NCBI GenBank assembly: GCA_903958565.1
Contig: CAJBTJ010000255.1
Location: 1-58,028, forward strand
Reading direction: 5' to 3'
DNA length: 58,028 nt
Origin: an uncultured beta proteobacterium
GTDB taxonomy: Bacteria; Pseudomonadota; Gammaproteobacteria; Burkholderiales; Burkholderiaceae_B
Below the pieces are notes generated by a model. It was not told where the DNA came from and made no database searches. It saw nothing but the letters and a program-made list of their open reading frames with translations. Positions 53,692 to 58,028 of this stretch are shown in pieces. How positions within the stretch are numbered: the stretch's first letter is position 1; every line of letters begins with the position of its first letter. The position numbers and the translations under genes were made by a program.

Positions 53692-54986
53692 AGCTTCAGA
53701 TAAAAAATGGTCGTGTCATTGATCCGGCCAATAAAGTAGACCAACAAACGGATGTGTTTATTGCGGATGGCAGAGTTCTAGCGTTCGGCCAGACACCCGC
53801 CGGCTTTAAAGCAGATCGTGTGATCGATGCCGCAGGAAAGTTAGTCATCCCCGGGCTAGTGGATTTAGCTGCACGCCTGCGCGAGCCCGGCTTTGAGTAT
53901 CGTGGCACCCTCGAGAGTGAAATGCGGGCAGCACTGGCAGGTGGCATTACAAGCCTCGTCTTGCCGCCGGACACAGATCCCACGCTCGATGAGCCGGGCT
54001 TAGTTGAAATGCTCAAACACCGCGCGAGACAACTTGCGCAGGTAAATTTGTACCCGCTTGGAGCGATGACAGTGGGCCTCAAGGGAGAGACTCTGACAGA
54101 GATGGCGGAGCTCACGGACGCAGGGTGCATCGCGTTTTCGCAAGCAGATGTGCCTGTGCTCGACACCACAGTATTGCTTCGCGCGATGCAGTACGCGCAT
54201 ACGTTTGATTTCATGTTGTGGTTGCGTGCACAAGATCCTTGGCTATCTAAGGGGGGCGTTGCAGCGAGCGGCGCCTATGCTTCGCGCCTCGGGTTGCCAG
54301 GCATTCCACAACAAGCCGAAACGATTGCACTCAACACCTTGTTTGATTTACAGCGGACGACGGGTGTTCGTCTGCATCTTTGTCGCCTCTCTTCGGCGGC
54401 AGGGATTGATCTTGTGCGTGCCGCCAAACGTGAAGGTCTGGCCGTGACGTGCGATGTGTCGGCTAATCATGTACATCTGACCGATGTCGATATTGGTTAT
54501 TACGACAGCAACTTCCGGCTCGATCCGCCCTTGCGTGGGCAGCGTGATCGGGATGCAATTCGTGCGGGGCTTGCCGATGGCACGATTGATGTCGTCTGTT
54601 CGGATCACACCCCGGTTGACGACGAAGGCAAGATGCTACCTTTTGCTGAAGCAGAGCCTGGCTCGACCGGTCTTGAGCTTCTTTTGTCCCTGACACTGAA
54701 GTGGGCACAAGAGGCGAAGGTGCCTCTTGTTGATGCGTTAGCACGTGTGACGAGCGGCCCAGGTCGTGTGTTAGGCGCATGCTCACCCGCTGTCGTCTCG
54801 GCTGGACACCTTGGCGTGGGTGCTCCTGCCGACTTGTGTATCGTTGACCCCAACGCCTATTGGAAAGTGAGCCGTCAGAGCCTGTTGAGTCAAAGCAAGC
54901 ATACGCCCTTCTTGGATATGGACTTGCCAGGACGCGTGCAGGCAACAATCGTGCGCGGGCAGGTCGCTTGGGAGTTGGCTGGTTGA
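53688..54986 (+). CDS. pyrC: Dihydroorotase-like protein, probably inactive PyrC'
   Basis: Amidohydrolase fold (PGLVD, REPG, SDHTP), but the metal-binding HxH reads AAR. Confidence 0.88.
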   Translation: MKLQIKNGRVIDPANKVDQQTDVFIADGRVLAFGQTPAGFKADRVIDAAGKLVIPGLVDLAARLREPGFEYRGTLESEMRAALAGGITSLVLPPDTDPTLDEPGLVEMLKHRARQLAQVNLYPLGAMTVGLKGETLTEMAELTDAGCIAFSQADVPVLDTTVLLRAMQYAHTFDFMLWLRAQDPWLSKGGVAASGAYASRLGLPGIPQQAETIALNTLFDLQRTTGVRLHLCRLSSAAGIDLVRAAKREGLAVTCDVSANHVHLTDVDIGYYDSNFRLDPPLRGQRDRDAIRAGLADGTIDVVCSDHTPVDDEGKMLPFAEAEPGSTGLELLLSLTLKWAQEAKVPLVDALARVTSGPGRVLGACSPAVVSAGHLGVGAPADLCIVDPNAYWKVSRQSLLSQSKHTPFLDMDLPGRVQATIVRGQVAWELAG

Positions 54987-55732
54987 GTCTACTGCGCTTT
55001 GTTTGCAGGCTCACTGCTTTAACCATTTGGGTTGTCGCTGGGTTGTGCGTCATCCTTTTAGCTCATCCGTTCATTGGCACACAAGGTCGTGGCTGGACGA
55101 AGCGACACTGGTCTCGTCTCTTGCTGTTGTTGTGTGGAATTCAAACGCTACGCACCGGCGCACCTCCGACAACAGGATCTGTCCTTCTGGTTTCCAATCA
55201 CGTATCTTGGCTAGATATTTTTTTACTTAATGCGGCGCGCCCGACAGTATTTGTGGCAAAGAGTGAAATTCGTCGCTGGCCCCTACTGGGTTGGTTGGTG
55301 GCCGGAGCCGATACGATTTTTATTGAGCGTGCTTCGCGTCACGCTGTGCATAAAGCGGGGCATGCGATGCAAGAGCGTTTCGCACGAGGACAGGCAGTGG
55401 GTTTGTTTCCCGAAGGGACGACTTCACCTGGCTACGATTTGCTGCCGTTTTATGCCAATTTGTTTGAGCCCGCGCGCAAAGCTGACGTGCCTATACAACC
55501 GATTGCACTTATTTTTTATCATCAAAGTAAGCGCAGCGATTTTGCTGCCTTTGTCGGGGAAGAAACCCTCGCCAAAAACTTGTGGAAAGTACTTGGTGGT
55601 CATGGCATCAAAGTAGAGGTAGATTTTTTGGCGCCGATCTGGCAGCCCGATGGCAACGAGGCACCGCCTCGTTCAGAGCTAGGTCACCTCGCTCGACAGG
55701 CCATACAACAGGCATTGACCCGCCGCAATTAA
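54983..55732 (+). CDS. plsC: 1-acyl-sn-glycerol-3-phosphate acyltransferase (PlsC family)
   Basis: SNHVSWLD, FVAKSEI, FPEGTTS; probable TTG start overlapping the pyrC stop. Confidence 0.85.
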   Translation: MSLLRFVCRLTALTIWVVAGLCVILLAHPFIGTQGRGWTKRHWSRLLLLLCGIQTLRTGAPPTTGSVLLVSNHVSWLDIFLLNAARPTVFVAKSEIRRWPLLGWLVAGADTIFIERASRHAVHKAGHAMQERFARGQAVGLFPEGTTSPGYDLLPFYANLFEPARKADVPIQPIALIFYHQSKRSDFAAFVGEETLAKNLWKVLGGHGIKVEVDFLAPIWQPDGNEAPPRSELGHLARQAIQQALTRRN

Positions 55733-55769
55733 GCGGCGAAGAGCCCTTCTTGCTCAGGCCGGACCTTGA

Positions 55770-56804
55770 CTAACAGTTTTGGCATCGAGGGTGTGCCCGT
55801 AGACGAGGATATACACCCAAGGCGTTACGCGCAAACATTTGTTGCTTCTGCTGTATGTCGGCAGACGGGGATGCATCGATGTAGCGCTTCGTGTCGTCGT
55901 AGTAGTAGTTGGTCAAAGGATCGATGCCTTGTACGGCTCCGACGGTCTCTGACGCGAACAAAATATTTTTAGTAGGTAGCACGCGCAACAACAGATCGAT
56001 GCCCGGCTGGTGATAGACGCAAGTGTCAAAAAATACATTGTTGAGTACTTTCTCTTCAAGTGGCGACAAGCCCATGTCTTGCGCGATCCCACGGTATCGT
56101 CCCCAGTGATAGGGCGCCGCGCCGCCGCCATGCGGAATAATAAATTTGAGTGTTGGGAAATCTTTAAAAATATCGGAGGTCATGAACTGTACAAACGCGG
56201 TTGTATCGCCGTTGATATAGTGCGTGGCCACAGCGTTGAAGTGCGGGTTACACGAGCCGCTGACGTGAATCATCGCAGGCACATCTAGTTCGACCATTTT
56301 TTCATAGAGGGGATACCACCATTTTTTATCCCATAGCGGTGGATCGCTCCAGTGACCGCCGGTCGGATCCGGATTGAGGTTGGCACCAATGAAGCCAAAC
56401 TCATTGACGCAACGCTCGAGCTCTGCGATGACTCGTGCGCCAGGTGCCACACCACGAGCCTGCGGCAATTGGCATACGCCAACGAAGTGATCGGGATAGA
56501 GCTTACACACACGGTGAATCAGTTCGTTATTAAAGCGGGCCCAAGCAACGTTGGTGTCTTCATTGCCCATATGGTGGTCCATTGCGACCGCTTTGGGCGA
56601 GAAGATTGTCATGTCAATCCCACGCTCGCGCATGATGCGTAACTGGTTTTGATCGATACCTGCACGGATTTCATCGTCAGTCACTGCGGGTGGCGCTGCG
56701 GGTGGCGCTATGCCAGTGCGTTGAAATGCGGCAATCTGCTCAGTACGAAATTTCGCGACCTGAGCGGGGGCGGTCGTGAAATGACCGTGGCAATCGATAA
56801 TCAT
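55770..56804 (-). CDS. LigJ-like amidohydrolase (4-oxalomesaconate hydratase family)
   Basis: MIIDCHGH, CQLPQ, NPDPTGG.W, PAMIHVS.SCNP, IPHGGGA.PYHWGR, FDTCVYHQPGI, GIDP....YDDTKRY. Confidence 0.85.
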   Translation of the reverse strand: MIIDCHGHFTTAPAQVAKFRTEQIAAFQRTGIAPPAAPPAVTDDEIRAGIDQNQLRIMRERGIDMTIFSPKAVAMDHHMGNEDTNVAWARFNNELIHRVCKLYPDHFVGVCQLPQARGVAPGARVIAELERCVNEFGFIGANLNPDPTGGHWSDPPLWDKKWWYPLYEKMVELDVPAMIHVSGSCNPHFNAVATHYINGDTTAFVQFMTSDIFKDFPTLKFIIPHGGGAAPYHWGRYRGIAQDMGLSPLEEKVLNNVFFDTCVYHQPGIDLLLRVLPTKNILFASETVGAVQGIDPLTNYYYDDTKRYIDASPSADIQQKQQMFARNALGVYPRLRAHPRCQNC

Positions 56805-56934
56805 GGCGGGCCTTTGTTAAAAGGAAGTTAGGCATAACCGCCAATTTACACAATTTCACAGCGGTTGAGCGGTTGTCCTTGCGATACTATTTACAAACTT
56901 TAAATAGCATTGCAATGTTTGAGGATTTCCTGCG

Positions 56935-57774
56935 ATGACAACTCCGGTCAATCAGCTCACCCTTGATTGGATGGCTGAATACGAAAAAAAGTGCCAACGT
57001 CATTTGGTTGATGTTAACGGGCAGCATGTGATGTGGCGTCAGTTTGGTCAAGGCGAGCCGTTGTTGCTCATCCATGGCGGGCATGGCAGTTGGTTGCATT
57101 GGGCGCGCAATATCGATGCGTTGTCGAAACATTTCACGCTCTATATCGCCGATCTGGCAGGCTATGGGGATTCGAGTGTGCCTGCCTTTGACGATTTTGA
57201 GAGCATGGTTCAAGTCACTGCGGCCTCAATACGAACGCTGTTAGGGCCCACGACTCCCTTCAATCTTGCAGGTTTTTCTTTCGGAGGGCTCGTGTCGGCC
57301 AATGTGGCCGCCGAGGGTTTGGCGGTCAAGCGCCTAGCATTGTTAGGGCCGGGGGGACATGGTGGACCAAGGCGCGAGCGTGGCCAGCTTGTGAATTGGA
57401 AGCGTGCGTTAACGGATGAAGAATTGCTTGAGGCAATGCGTTTCAATTTGTGGGCGCATATGATCTATGCCGATGAACAGTTGGATCCTTTTGCGATCGG
57501 GATTCACACTTATTCTTGCATCCATACACGCTTCCGTAGTCGGGGGATTTCTGGTCGGGGCTTACTTGGGCCTGCGCTCGATGTGTACACCGGGCCGAGC
57601 TTAATCGTCTGGGGTGAGCATGACGTCACGTGCACGCCTGAATACCTGATGACGCATATGATTGAGGGGCACGCAAATCGTCGGGGCGTGATCCTGCCCG
57701 ATGTCGGACATTGGGTGAACTATGAGGACGCCGCGCGCGTCGATCCAATTTTGATCGACTGGTTTAGCGCTTAG
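56935..57774 (+). CDS. Alpha/beta fold serine hydrolase
   Basis: [23 protein letters not shown] nucleophile, WGEHD, GHWVNYE. Confidence 0.88.
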   Translation: MTTPVNQLTLDWMAEYEKKCQRHLVDVNGQHVMWRQFGQGEPLLLIHGGHGSWLHWARNIDALSKHFTLYIADLAGYGDSSVPAFDDFESMVQVTAASIRTLLGPTTPFNLAGFSFGGLVSANVAAEGLAVKRLALLGPGGHGGPRRERGQLVNWKRALTDEELLEAMRFNLWAHMIYADEQLDPFAIGIHTYSCIHTRFRSRGISGRGLLGPALDVYTGPSLIVWGEHDVTCTPEYLMTHMIEGHANRRGVILPDVGHWVNYEDAARVDPILIDWFSA

Positions 57775-58028
57775 TCAGCCAAGGGATCAACGCTCTGATC
57801 GCAGGCAATTTGCACGACGAATTGGTCTTGCAATCTCACTGCACTCAGTTGCCCCCCCCAGACACAGCCCGTGTCTAGCGAGATCAAGTCCGGCTTGAGT
57901 GTTAAGCCCAAGGTTGACCAATGCCCAAAAACTACCGTGACGTCGCGCGTCATGCGCTTGGGCATATTGAACCAGGGTGTCAGTCCTGGTTGCACGACTT
58001 CGGGTCCGGTCTTGACAGATAGCATCAT
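57771..58028 (-). CDS. apaH: Symmetrical bis(5'-nucleosyl)-tetraphosphatase, C-terminal part (5' end outside window)
   Basis: PWF...R....[10 protein letters not shown]......[16 protein letters not shown]. Confidence 0.9.
   Translation of the reverse strand: MMLSVKTGPEVVQPGLTPWFNMPKRMTRDVTVVFGHWSTLGLTLKPDLISLDTGCVWGGQLSAVRLQDQFVVQIACDQSVDPLAD

Overview
Gene-dense, mostly core chromosomal segment of a betaproteobacterium. Gene content and order (Bug/TctC protein, GatA insertion, metX-metW-ampG, hemL-thiE-thiD/rubredoxin-algH-ruvX-pyrRBC) point to Alcaligenaceae. GC looks only mid-50s% by eye, which suggests a lower-GC member; this is inference. Order: gshA (partial), lipoprotein, LuxR HTH-only gene, SAM-II riboswitch + metX-metW-ampG, xth/pyrE, gatCAB, mreBCD-mrdA-rodA, ftsEX-mutY, aapJQMP, Bug, MFS, DUF3460-scpA-panC, second HTH-only regulator, NlpE-like lipoprotein, pilD-coaE-zapD-mdtABC-OMF, argJ-DUF815 ATPase-Nudix/ThiE fusion, a Liv-type (aromatic-acid-like) ABC importer, thiD-like-thiE-hemL, rubredoxin-algH-ruvX-pyrR-pyrB-pyrC'-plsC, a LigJ-like/alpha-beta-hydrolase islet, and apaH (partial). 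I saw no tRNA, rRNA, CRISPR array, transposase, integrase, phage or defence gene. No clearly new multi-gene system is demonstrable from sequence alone. The best leads, all hypotheses: (1) a quorum-sensing-type LuxR DNA-binding domain with no ligand domain, plus a lux-box-like palindrome in activator position upstream of a second HTH-only regulator; (2) a LigJ homologue with altered substrate-binding motifs, divergent from a serine hydrolase; (3) an aromatic-acid-type ABC importer with an IclR/PobR-type operator; (4) a ThiD-like protein with all kinase motifs degenerate.
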